Origin: Opitutaceae bacterium
GTDB taxonomy: Bacteria; Verrucomicrobiota; Verrucomicrobiia; Opitutales; Opitutaceae
Length of the DNA: 64,000 nt
Direction: 5' to 3'
NCBI GenBank assembly: GCA_028822375.1
Contig: JAPKDW010000001.1
Location: 1,843-65,842, forward strand
The notes beneath the pieces were generated by a model that ran no database searches, was not told the origin of the DNA, and saw only the letters and a list, made by a program, of their open reading frames with translations. Made by a program: the position numbers and the translations under genes. Positions 38,302 through 46,887 of the stretch are shown here, piece after piece. The number at the start of each line of letters is the position of its first letter. Position 1 is the stretch's first letter.

Positions 38302-38339
38302 CTAACATATCTGATAATGTCATTCTGTCAGTACGACTC

Positions 38340-39431
38340 ATGAACATTAATCCTAAAGACCTTCCCCTGCTAGGGAGCCTCTCCCAGCGAGAGCAAGCCA
38401 AAGAAAGCATGAAAGACCTCATTCAAAGAGGTAAACTTTCAAGCCAAGGTTATATTCCATCTATTCGAGAAGCAGCCAACCTGATTGGCTTCAATCGCGA
38501 CGCTGTCTGGAGAGCCTATATCGATCTCGAAAAAGAAGGATACATAGAAACCACCTCCAACAAACGCTACAAGATCCATCCAGGGGTCAGGAATTCGCCT
38601 CTCCGCACGCTCGATGTGCGCCTCATAACCGTAGGAAAGGACTCCATACGCTTTTCTGGACTACAACGATTCCATAAAACGCTCGTCGAAAATGAATCCC
38701 TCTATGGAATCCGAACTCACTTGAAATGCGCCGTCGACGCCAGTGAAATTAGACCCGAGTGGCTCGAAGGAATGGATGGCCTCATCCTGGGTGGATCCTT
38801 CGAGCATTCCGAACTATTGGAAAAGCTAACGTGCGGCATCCCCAGTATTGGAATTATCACCTCCCAAACATTGCATCACGATTTCACAATCGACACCGAC
38901 AACCGATTGGCCGGCGAACTAGCCGCAACCCGCCTAATCGAAGCGGGAGCCCGATCTCCTTACCTCGTTGCTTATACGGAGCGTGACTCCAGGCACACCC
39001 TGCGAAAGCTTGGCTTCCAAACTAAATGGGTCGAAAGCGGTCGCTCTCTCGACGACATAACGGAACACTGGATTAATCCATCCAACACCTACCTACGCGT
39101 CGTCAAACTCGAACGCAAAGCGCGATCCATGCAAGATTGCGACTCTGTCTTCTGCCTCGAAAAAGAAAGCGCGATCGATCTCCTCAACATTCTGGAGCAT
39201 CGGAATATAAAAGTCCCAGATTCCATAAAAGTGCTAAGCGTTGACGGCGCCTTCGACGGCCTAAAAACTAAGCCAACCCTAACTTATGTGAAGCAAATGT
39301 TCAGAGACATGGCATCAACCGCCGCAGAGAAGATGCGCCTTCTTTGCTCGTCCACTGACACCAAGAAAACCGGAACCTCGACCGAAAAGGTCCTCGTCGC
39401 TCCGCAGCTCGTCGTACGCCAATCGGCATAA
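38340..39431 (+). CDS. transcriptional regulator: GntR-type winged helix + LacI/PBP1-type sugar-binding domain
   Basis: N-terminal IPSIREAANLIGFNRDAVWRAYIDLEKEGYI. C-terminal periplasmic-binding-like region. Start set at the ATG at 38340. Confidence 0.72.
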   Translation: MNINPKDLPLLGSLSQREQAKESMKDLIQRGKLSSQGYIPSIREAANLIGFNRDAVWRAYIDLEKEGYIETTSNKRYKIHPGVRNSPLRTLDVRLITVGKDSIRFSGLQRFHKTLVENESLYGIRTHLKCAVDASEIRPEWLEGMDGLILGGSFEHSELLEKLTCGIPSIGIITSQTLHHDFTIDTDNRLAGELAATRLIEAGARSPYLVAYTERDSRHTLRKLGFQTKWVESGRSLDDITEHWINPSNTYLRVVKLERKARSMQDCDSVFCLEKESAIDLLNILEHRNIKVPDSIKVLSVDGAFDGLKTKPTLTYVKQMFRDMASTAAEKMRLLCSSTDTKKTGTSTEKVLVAPQLVVRQSA

Positions 39432-39653
39432 AGCGGAGATAGGAATCGAACGGCGGACCCTCAGGAAGCGAATCCAATCTCATTGGCCTCGAAGCCGCAA
39501 AGAACTTTTTTTGGCGAGATACGAGCCATCCTTAGCTCTCGATTTCGAACCTTTTGTCCGCAGAGCGGACACCCATTTCCTGATCCCGCTCAGCGCATTG
39601 GCGTCAACTTAACTGAAATCGTCTAAAAACCACCCCGACGTGTCGAGGTAGCT

Positions 39654-39671
39654 ACACCGAGAATTCGGTGT
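39654..39671. promoter_or_regulatory. 18-bp palindrome acaccga-gaat-tcggtgt upstream of the sulfatase gene (candidate operator or hairpin)
   Basis: Perfect 7-bp arms, about 175 nt upstream of the ATG at 39847. Confidence 0.2.
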
Positions 39672-39846
39672 GGAGTCTGCAATAATTCTTTCAAATAGAG
39701 TTAAGTTGACGCGTATGGACTTGCCCCGGGGATCTCTATTCAAGCTGTCGCCTTTCGAAAATCGCCTGTCCAAAGCCGCCCACCGAAAGGGGAATAACAT
39801 AGACAACTTCAGCCTAATCTCCATAGTCAGCGCCCTCTACAACCGA

Positions 39847-41709
39847 ATGAAAACAACTGCTACCCTCAAAGTCGTCCTCCTTCTAGTAATCGGCTCAAGC
39901 GCCCTTTTCGCAGCCGACCGGCCCAATATTCTTTGGATCACAAGCGAGGACAACAGCCCGTACATCGGCTGCTACGGCGACCCGCTCGCCAAGACTCCCA
40001 CAATCGACAAACTCGCTAAAAACGGCGTCCTCTACCAAAACGCTTACTCCAACGCAGCCGTCTGCGGACCAGCGCGAACCACTCTCATCCTTGGCATGTA
40101 CCCGGCATCAGTCGGCGGCGAACACATGCGCAGCCAGGCTCCTTTACCCGCCAATATTAAGATATATCCAAAGTACCTCAGCGAAGCGGGTTACTACACC
40201 TCAAACAACAGCAAACAAGACTACAACATCGACCAATCCATGCCGGGTTGGGACGACAGCAGCAAAAACGCCCATTGGAAAAACCGTCCCAAAGGAAAGC
40301 CGTTCTTCTCCATCTTCAATACAACCGTCACTCACGAAAGCTCGCTTCATCCTAAAAAGAATACCGTAGGCCCCGGCGCGGCGCTGGACAAGATCCACGT
40401 ACCCGCCTATCTCCCTGACACCCGTTTGACGCGCGAACACATTGCCAACTACTACACGCGTATCAATGAAATGGATCAATTCGTTGCCAAACAGCTCAAA
40501 GAGCTCGAGAAGGCAGGCCTGGCCGATGATACGATTGTTTTCTACTATTCCGACCACGGAGGCATCATGCCGCGCAGCAAACGCTTCATTTACGACAGCG
40601 GAACACACGTACCCCTCGTCATTCACTTCCCCAAAAAATGGGCACACCTTTCGCCTCACAAAGCAGGAACCCAAACCGATGAAATGGTCGGCTTCGTAGA
40701 TTTCGCCCCAACCCTCCTCAGCCTAGTCGGAGCTAAAATCCCGGAACACATGCAAGGCCGCGCATTTCTCGGAGAAAAGCGAAGCGCAGCGCCAGAATAC
40801 GCCTACACTTTCCGAGCTCGAGCCGACGAACGCATCGACTTTAAACGCGGCGTAACCGATGGAAATTTCAACTACATCCGCAACTACCTCGCCTACCTCC
40901 CAACTGGTCAGCACGTCAACTACCTCTGGCAAAATCCCGTCGCCCCTCAACTAGAAGAACTCTTCAAGCAAGGCAAAGCCACCGCTGCTCAAAGCGCATT
41001 CTTTCTGCCGGCTCCGCTTGAAGAACTCTTCGACCTGGATGCCGATCCCGACGAGGTCAACAATCTCGCCAACGACCCAAAACATCGCGAAATTCTCCTT
41101 CGCATGCGGAAAGCCAACCGCGACCACCTCTTGAGTATACACGACTCGGGATTCGTCCCCGAAGCCCTGCTCGTCGAATGGAGCCGCGGTTCCGGTAAAA
41201 CGCCTTACCAAATCTCGAGAGACCCCATCCAATACCCACTCCAAGCAATCCTCGACTCGGCCGACGCCCTACTCGACAAAGGCGAAAAAGCGCTTCCAAA
41301 ACTTTTCCGAAATCTCGGCAATAAGAATCCAATTATTCAATACTGGGCTCTCGTGAACTGCATGGTTCTCAAAACCGAAGACGAAAAAGCCGTCAAACGA
41401 ATCACCGCACTAACGCGAAGCCCAATAGCCGCGACACGAATCGCCGCAGCGGAACACCTTGCTAGAATCGGCAAGAAAGACCCGCGCCCTGTTTTGAACG
41501 AAGTGCTTCTCAACAATGCAAACGTCATGGCTCGACTCCAAGCGATCAACGCCCTAGACCATGTCAGCGAAGCTTATCCATACGACGAAGCGGTTTTTAA
41601 GCAATCCGCCGCTATCTGGCCAAGCGACGCCAAGGAAATCATGGCCCCTTGGATGGGACGCTACAAAGCCTACGACGTCCGCATAATGGAGTTTCTTGAA
41701 ACGCAGTAG
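39847..41709 (+). CDS. sulfatase (Cys-type) with a C-terminal HEAT/PBS-lyase-like repeat extension, secreted
   Basis: Signal peptide from MKTTATLKVV, then RPNILWITSEDN and CGPARTTLILG. The C-terminal roughly 150 aa has helical repeats (IAATRIAAAEHLARIG ... ARLQAINALDHV). Confidence 0.88.
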   Translation: MKTTATLKVVLLLVIGSSALFAADRPNILWITSEDNSPYIGCYGDPLAKTPTIDKLAKNGVLYQNAYSNAAVCGPARTTLILGMYPASVGGEHMRSQAPLPANIKIYPKYLSEAGYYTSNNSKQDYNIDQSMPGWDDSSKNAHWKNRPKGKPFFSIFNTTVTHESSLHPKKNTVGPGAALDKIHVPAYLPDTRLTREHIANYYTRINEMDQFVAKQLKELEKAGLADDTIVFYYSDHGGIMPRSKRFIYDSGTHVPLVIHFPKKWAHLSPHKAGTQTDEMVGFVDFAPTLLSLVGAKIPEHMQGRAFLGEKRSAAPEYAYTFRARADERIDFKRGVTDGNFNYIRNYLAYLPTGQHVNYLWQNPVAPQLEELFKQGKATAAQSAFFLPAPLEELFDLDADPDEVNNLANDPKHREILLRMRKANRDHLLSIHDSGFVPEALLVEWSRGSGKTPYQISRDPIQYPLQAILDSADALLDKGEKALPKLFRNLGNKNPIIQYWALVNCMVLKTEDEKAVKRITALTRSPIAATRIAAAEHLARIGKKDPRPVLNEVLLNNANVMARLQAINALDHVSEAYPYDEAVFKQSAAIWPSDAKEIMAPWMGRYKAYDVRIMEFLETQ

Positions 41710-41723
41710 GATATTCCGATACT

Positions 41724-41783
41724 GTAGGTCGCCTCGCTGAGGTGACATATCATTCCAAGCGGCGGGTCAGCGACCCGCCCTAC
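41724..41783. repeat. intergenic element family D copy 1
   Basis: gtaggtcgcctcgctgaggtgac-atatcattccaagc-ggcgggtcagcgacccgccctac. Each arm is itself a hairpin. Confidence 0.8.
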
Positions 41784-41924
41784 AGTTGATTTGCTCGAAG
41801 TAAGTGGACTAATATAAACAATCTCTAAGAAAAATCGCGCGTCGGGACGCCACGCGCCACCACAATACAAGCCCCAGGTGGTACGTGGCCTCCGGACGCG
41901 TTCTTTCAACCCGAGCAACCCAAA

Positions 41925-41980
41925 GCCGTCTCGCTGAGGCGACATCTCATTCCAAGCGGCAGGTCAGCGACCCGCCCTAC
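41925..41980. repeat. intergenic element family D copy 2 (direct repeat of copy 1)
   Basis: 51 nt (41931-41981) match 41734-41784 with 3 mismatches. The 5-prime arm is degenerate. Confidence 0.8.
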
Positions 41981-42020
41981 AATAGATCCACGCGAAAGGT
42001 TTGGCTTCATCGGCCACTCC

Positions 42021-43496
42021 CTACGCCAATATCTCGTCAACCACTCGGGCTTTCTCGACGCCCGTAAGACGCTGATTCAAGCCGCGAAACTTGAAAGTAA
42101 ATCGCTCGTGATCGATTCCGAGGCACTTCAAAATCGTCGCGTTCAAATCGCGGATATGCACCCCGCCATCGACTATATTGTAGGCCCACTCATCCGTTTG
42201 ACCGAACTCGTGCCCGCCTTTTATGCCGCCACCAGCCATCCAAATAGAAAAACAACGACCATGATGATCCCGGCCCGCGCTAATATCGCCTAACTTGCCT
42301 TGACTATACGCGGTTCGCCCAAACTCGCCGCCCCAAATAACCAAGGTCTCGTCGAGCAATCCGCGCTGCTTCAAATCCTTAATCAGCGCCGCAGATGCCT
42401 GATCGACGTCCTGACATTGCTTGGGCAACTGGGTCGACAATTTCTTATGCTGATCCCAGCCGCGATGGAAAAGCTGCACGAAACGCACGCCCTTTTCCGC
42501 CATTCGGCGAGCCATCAAACAATTCGCCGCAAAGCTCCCCGGACGCCGCGACTCTTCTCCGTAGAGCTCGAAAGTCGATTTCGGCTCATCATCCAAATTC
42601 ATCAACTCCGGCACAGAAGTCTGCATGCGATACGCCATTTCGTAAGCATCGATGCGAGCATGGATTTCCGGATCGCCGACATCGCGGGCATGCTCTCGAT
42701 TAAGAGCCTCTAGCCGATCCAAAGCGCGGCGGCGTTGAGTACGGTCAATTCCCGGAGGGTTCTTAAGATAGTAAACCGGATCTCCGCCCGAACCGAGCTT
42801 CACTCCCTGATAGCTCGAAGGAAGGTAACCATTTCCCCACAAACGAGAAAACAATGGCTGACCTGGGTTCTTACCGGATCCCTGCGAAAGCAGTACCATG
42901 TAAGCAGGCAAATCCTCATTGTCGCTACCGAGTCCATAACTGAGCCATGAGCCTAAACTCGCATGTCCCATTTGCTGCGACCCCGTATTGATATAGGTGA
43001 CCGCCGGGTCATGGTTAATCGCCTCCGTATTCATGCCCCGAAGAATCGTTATGTCATCGGCAACTTTCTGCGTGTAGGGCAATAAATCGCTGATCCACGT
43101 GCCATGTTTACCGCAACGCTTGAAATCCGAAAATGGAGCCACGAACGGATAGCTCGATTGCATCGCCGTCATACCGGTCACGCGCTGACCTCCGCGTACG
43201 CTATTAGGCAATTCGACGCCATGAAGCTTACGCATCTCAGGCTTGTAATCGAAAAGATCGATGTGAGAAGGCCCGCCGGACTGAAAAAGATAGATTACAC
43301 GTTTTGCTTTCGGAGCGAAATGCGGCAAAAATCCAGCGCCCGACACCGCGCTCGAAATCCCACCGTCCAGCTCTCCGCCTCGCATAAACTGGGGCGGTAA
43401 CAATGAACCCAAAGCAAGCCCACCCAGACCTCTCGCCACATCGCCAAAGAGCGCTCGTCGCGTCAGTTTTCGATTAAAATCAATTCGAGGATCCAT
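42021..43496 (-). CDS. DUF1501 domain protein (sulfatase-fold, Tat signal)
   Basis: [20 protein letters not shown] leader, and conserved [18 protein letters not shown] and GRDHH motifs typical of DUF1501. Confidence 0.9.
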   Translation of the reverse strand: MDPRIDFNRKLTRRALFGDVARGLGGLALGSLLPPQFMRGGELDGGISSAVSGAGFLPHFAPKAKRVIYLFQSGGPSHIDLFDYKPEMRKLHGVELPNSVRGGQRVTGMTAMQSSYPFVAPFSDFKRCGKHGTWISDLLPYTQKVADDITILRGMNTEAINHDPAVTYINTGSQQMGHASLGSWLSYGLGSDNEDLPAYMVLLSQGSGKNPGQPLFSRLWGNGYLPSSYQGVKLGSGGDPVYYLKNPPGIDRTQRRRALDRLEALNREHARDVGDPEIHARIDAYEMAYRMQTSVPELMNLDDEPKSTFELYGEESRRPGSFAANCLMARRMAEKGVRFVQLFHRGWDQHKKLSTQLPKQCQDVDQASAALIKDLKQRGLLDETLVIWGGEFGRTAYSQGKLGDISAGRDHHGRCFSIWMAGGGIKGGHEFGQTDEWAYNIVDGGVHIRDLNATILKCLGIDHERFTFKFRGLNQRLTGVEKARVVDEILA

Positions 43497-43535
43497 AAAA
43501 TTCCTTTTGTCTAGATTTATTAGCCAGCAACATCC

Positions 43536-46500
43536 TCACCCCTTCGTTATCGATTCGCTTAAATTAAAAATGAGATTCGCGAGCACTGCATATGCCGCAT
43601 GATCAACTGTATCGAGATTCTCATTGCGCTTCGATTCCCCAACGCTCAACACCGCAATCGCTTCTTGCGGATTAGATTCGAAATACGCTCGCTGATCTTC
43701 CAGAGCGCGAACTAACTCATCAAGCTCGGCCTCATTGGCTAGACGTCCCGTAACCGTTTCGAATGCCAGCGCCACGCGCTCCCCGCTCTTCGCATCGGGA
43801 GTTTCTAAAAGAATACGCTCAGCGAACGCTCGACCAGCCTCTACGTACTGTGGGTCGTTTAGCAGCGTCAGTGCCTGCAAGGGTGTATTCGTCGTTTCTC
43901 GGCTCATCATGCAAAGCTCGCGATTCGGAGCATCGAAAGCCATCATCGACGGTGGCGGGCTCGTACGCTTCCAAAGCGTGTAAAGACTTCTTCGATACAA
44001 ATTCGATCCTTTGTCCTGGACGAATACCTGCGTCAAATCCTTGACCGATCCATAGTGGCTAATTTCCCGCCAAATCCCTCGCGGCTGGTAAGGCTTCACG
44101 CTCGAACCGCCAATCCAGTCATTCATCAACCCGCTCGTTTTCAATGCGGAATCTCGAATGAATTCCGCCGACAAACGAAAGCGAGGACCATGCGAGAGCA
44201 ATCGATTATTCGGATCGATAGCCACAATCGCATCCGTTACATTCGAGGCTTGCCGGTAGGTGGCCGAAGTTACGATATTCTTGATCAAGGCTTTCACCTT
44301 CCACCCTCCTTCGACGAAATCAACCGCTAGATAATCAAGCAATTCCGGGTGACTTGGCCACTCGCCCTGCGAACCGAAATCAGCAGAGGTCGCGACGAAT
44401 CCCGTCCCGAAAAACAACTGCCATATCCGGTTAACCGCAACGCGACTCGTCAACGGATGCTTCGGATCGACAAACCAATCCGCCAAGCCTAGTCGATCCT
44501 CCGACGACCCCTCGGGCAGCGGTGGCAGAAACGACGGAACACCCGGACTGACTTCCTCCCCTGGCTGATCGTAGCTGCCTCGATTGAGCATATAGGTCTT
44601 CCTGGGCTCTTTGGCCGTATCCATTACTTGAGTCGAATAGGGAGCAGTCATCTCCTCCAAACGATTTCGATGAATCGCAATCTCAGTATTTAGCGAAGCC
44701 AAGCGATGATCGTTTAGGGCGTGATACTCCGATATTCGCTTAACATCCCTAGCGCTGCGATCACTTGAGTCCGTATATAAAATTTTCTGAATATCCTCAG
44801 ACATATTCGTGCCGTCATCGCGCCCGGTCATCGCGAACACTTTTAAATGGCCTGCGTTCGCGATTTGCTGAAAGTTGATCATAACCGAGAGATACGGCGA
44901 AACATCCGGGTCGATCGGCTCGGCAAATGTTAAGGTCAAGTGCTGAGGTTGCTTCGCCTTCCCAAGCGGCGACCACGCTGTAGGCCACCGCGGATCTAGC
45001 ATCTCGTAAGCAGGATGATCAGGGTGAGAATAGCTGGCCGTTGCAGAACCTACGACAACTTCGCTATTCAAATCGAAATCCGCGACAGGAACGGTACCTG
45101 ACGAAATGGATACAGCTGATACTCCAAAGGCTCCTTCGTTTTTCCCGACGCCATACCCAAGCGATCCGTCGTTCACCGATTCATTGGGATAAAACTCGAT
45201 GCGAACGCCCGTAAGACCCTTTTCAATCCCCTCCGGTACTTTCATCGCGAACGAATAAAACGTGCCTTGAGGAGCTATCGATTCCTGTTTCAGAAAAATC
45301 GAATCGTCCTCATTGAACTCAACCATAGTTGGCGGGATATTCGGATTGTTCGCCATAAGCGGTTTTAGCCCATGCAAACGTAGATTCTTACCGAGCAATT
45401 CTAATTCGGCACGTTCAAGTCCCTCCCATGACTCAAGCAATTGACGAGACTTGAGAGAGCGCGACGTCTCGAGCGTTCCCATTTTCGTTCGCACATTTTC
45501 AATTTCGATATCCCGATGTCTGATCGGCGTTTGAGCCTCTATAGTCGGCTCTGCATTTATCCCGCCTGCGCCATCGATTCCTTCATCGCTAAGCGTATTG
45601 AAATACGCGAACATTCGATAGTAGTCTTCCTGTGAAATCGGATCGAATTTGTGGTCGTGACACTGGGAGCAAGCCATTGTCAGGCCCAAGAAAGCTTCCG
45701 AAGTCGTCTTCACTCGATCCACCGCGTAATTAGTCAGGTTCTCCAGCTTGATAGTCCCCCCTTCGGCAGTAATCATATGGTTACGACTGAACCCGGTCGC
45801 TATAACCTGTTCCGGCGTCGCATCGGGTAATAAATCGCCCGCGATCTGTTCGCGAATAAAGGCATCGAATGGCTTGTTTTCATTGTAGGCTTGAATCACC
45901 CAATCGCGCCACAACCACATCGTGCGCGCTCCATCGCGCGAATAACCGTTCGTATCGGCATAACGCGCTTGATCCAACCAAGCCGACGCCATGCGCTCCC
46001 CAAAATGTGGCGATGCTAACAAGCCATCAACCACGTGCTCGTAGGCATCCGGACGATCGTCCTCCAAAAATGCATGCACCTCTTTCAGCGAAGGCGGCAA
46101 ACCCGTCAAATCGTAAGACAAACGGCGAATCAAAGCGCGGCGATCCGCTTCTTCCGAAGGCTCCAGACCTTCCTGTTCCAACCTCGCCAAGACAAAGCGG
46201 TCGATCGGCGAATCCCCCCAAGACTTGTTTCCAACCTTCGGCAACTCCGATTTCTTCGGAGCGACAAACGCCCAATGCTCTTCATATTTGGCGCCAGACT
46301 CAATCCATTGCCCCACCGTCGCCTTTTGTTTATCGCTTAAAACAAAATGCGAATCTGGTGGCGGCATGATGAATTCCGGATCGTCGCTAACGATTCGCGA
46401 CCAAGCCTCGCTCTTTTCCAAATCTCCCGGCGCTATGGCAAAACCTCCGTCTTCCAACGCAGCATAAGCCCCATCCACTGTGTCCAATCTAAGGTCCGCT

Positions 46501-46706
46501 TCGCGTGAATGCTCGTCAGGTCCATGACAATTAAAACACGTCTCCGAAAAAATCGGCCGAATATCTCTATTGAAGCGTACATCCGAGGAAGCGACTACCG
46601 AAACGGATCCAGGCCGCTCTCCCCATTGAATCCACAAAAAGCCAACAAGCCCTCCACCAACAGCGAGGGCGCAAGCAGTAAACAAACTTATTTTTCGAAG
46701 AGGCAT
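43536..46706 (-). CDS. PSCyt1/DUF1549/DUF1553 (planctomycete cytochrome c-like) protein
   Basis: CFNCHGPDEHSREADLRLD (PSCyt1), DRFVLARL...LIRRLSYDLTGLPP and CSQCHDHKFDP (DUF1549), RRSLYTLWKRTSPPP...NTPLQAL (DUF1553). ATG at 46706 preferred over the TTG at 46748. Confidence 0.9.
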   Translation of the reverse strand: MPLRKISLFTACALAVGGGLVGFLWIQWGERPGSVSVVASSDVRFNRDIRPIFSETCFNCHGPDEHSREADLRLDTVDGAYAALEDGGFAIAPGDLEKSEAWSRIVSDDPEFIMPPPDSHFVLSDKQKATVGQWIESGAKYEEHWAFVAPKKSELPKVGNKSWGDSPIDRFVLARLEQEGLEPSEEADRRALIRRLSYDLTGLPPSLKEVHAFLEDDRPDAYEHVVDGLLASPHFGERMASAWLDQARYADTNGYSRDGARTMWLWRDWVIQAYNENKPFDAFIREQIAGDLLPDATPEQVIATGFSRNHMITAEGGTIKLENLTNYAVDRVKTTSEAFLGLTMACSQCHDHKFDPISQEDYYRMFAYFNTLSDEGIDGAGGINAEPTIEAQTPIRHRDIEIENVRTKMGTLETSRSLKSRQLLESWEGLERAELELLGKNLRLHGLKPLMANNPNIPPTMVEFNEDDSIFLKQESIAPQGTFYSFAMKVPEGIEKGLTGVRIEFYPNESVNDGSLGYGVGKNEGAFGVSAVSISSGTVPVADFDLNSEVVVGSATASYSHPDHPAYEMLDPRWPTAWSPLGKAKQPQHLTLTFAEPIDPDVSPYLSVMINFQQIANAGHLKVFAMTGRDDGTNMSEDIQKILYTDSSDRSARDVKRISEYHALNDHRLASLNTEIAIHRNRLEEMTAPYSTQVMDTAKEPRKTYMLNRGSYDQPGEEVSPGVPSFLPPLPEGSSEDRLGLADWFVDPKHPLTSRVAVNRIWQLFFGTGFVATSADFGSQGEWPSHPELLDYLAVDFVEGGWKVKALIKNIVTSATYRQASNVTDAIVAIDPNNRLLSHGPRFRLSAEFIRDSALKTSGLMNDWIGGSSVKPYQPRGIWREISHYGSVKDLTQVFVQDKGSNLYRRSLYTLWKRTSPPPSMMAFDAPNRELCMMSRETTNTPLQALTLLNDPQYVEAGRAFAERILLETPDAKSGERVALAFETVTGRLANEAELDELVRALEDQRAYFESNPQEAIAVLSVGESKRNENLDTVDHAAYAVLANLIFNLSESITKG

Positions 46707-46887
46707 AAACAAGATATTTGAAAAGACAAAAACGAAGTCCAATGGCAACTGAAAGCGACTACCCTAACCATAAATCGCCAATCAGCCGCAATTCTGCCGG
46801 AAGGCAACCTCAAATACGCTTTGACTCTCCATATCCAAATCATAGGGTTCCGCCTCTCTTAACTCAATTCTTCCCCTCCTTTAAAAG

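Noticed and set aside
38183-38422. 79-aa minus-strand ORF in the AT-rich gap.
   Set aside because: It overlaps the start of the regulator gene on the other strand and has no motifs. Short ORFs like this are expected by chance in non-coding DNA.
39432-39500. tRNA-like string gagataGGAATCGAACggcgg, which resembles the reverse complement of a T-arm.
   Set aside because: The flanking bases do not form a T-stem. No acceptor stem, anticodon arm or D-arm could be drawn by hand.
39670-39846. Upstream-extended starts offered by the ORF track for this sulfatase. The same issue arises at 57637, 35418, 22504, 14520, 13316, 46748, 38283, 20104, 61154 and 62749.
   Set aside because: In each case an internal ATG immediately precedes a signal peptide or the conserved family N-terminus. 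The extension is non-homologous, often begins with TTG, or overlaps the upstream gene or repeat.
41724-41981. A possible CRISPR array, because of two similar repeats containing a perfect hairpin.
   Set aside because: There are only two copies. The spacing is 197 bp rather than about 30-40 bp, the repeats are about 51-60 nt, and no cas genes are present.
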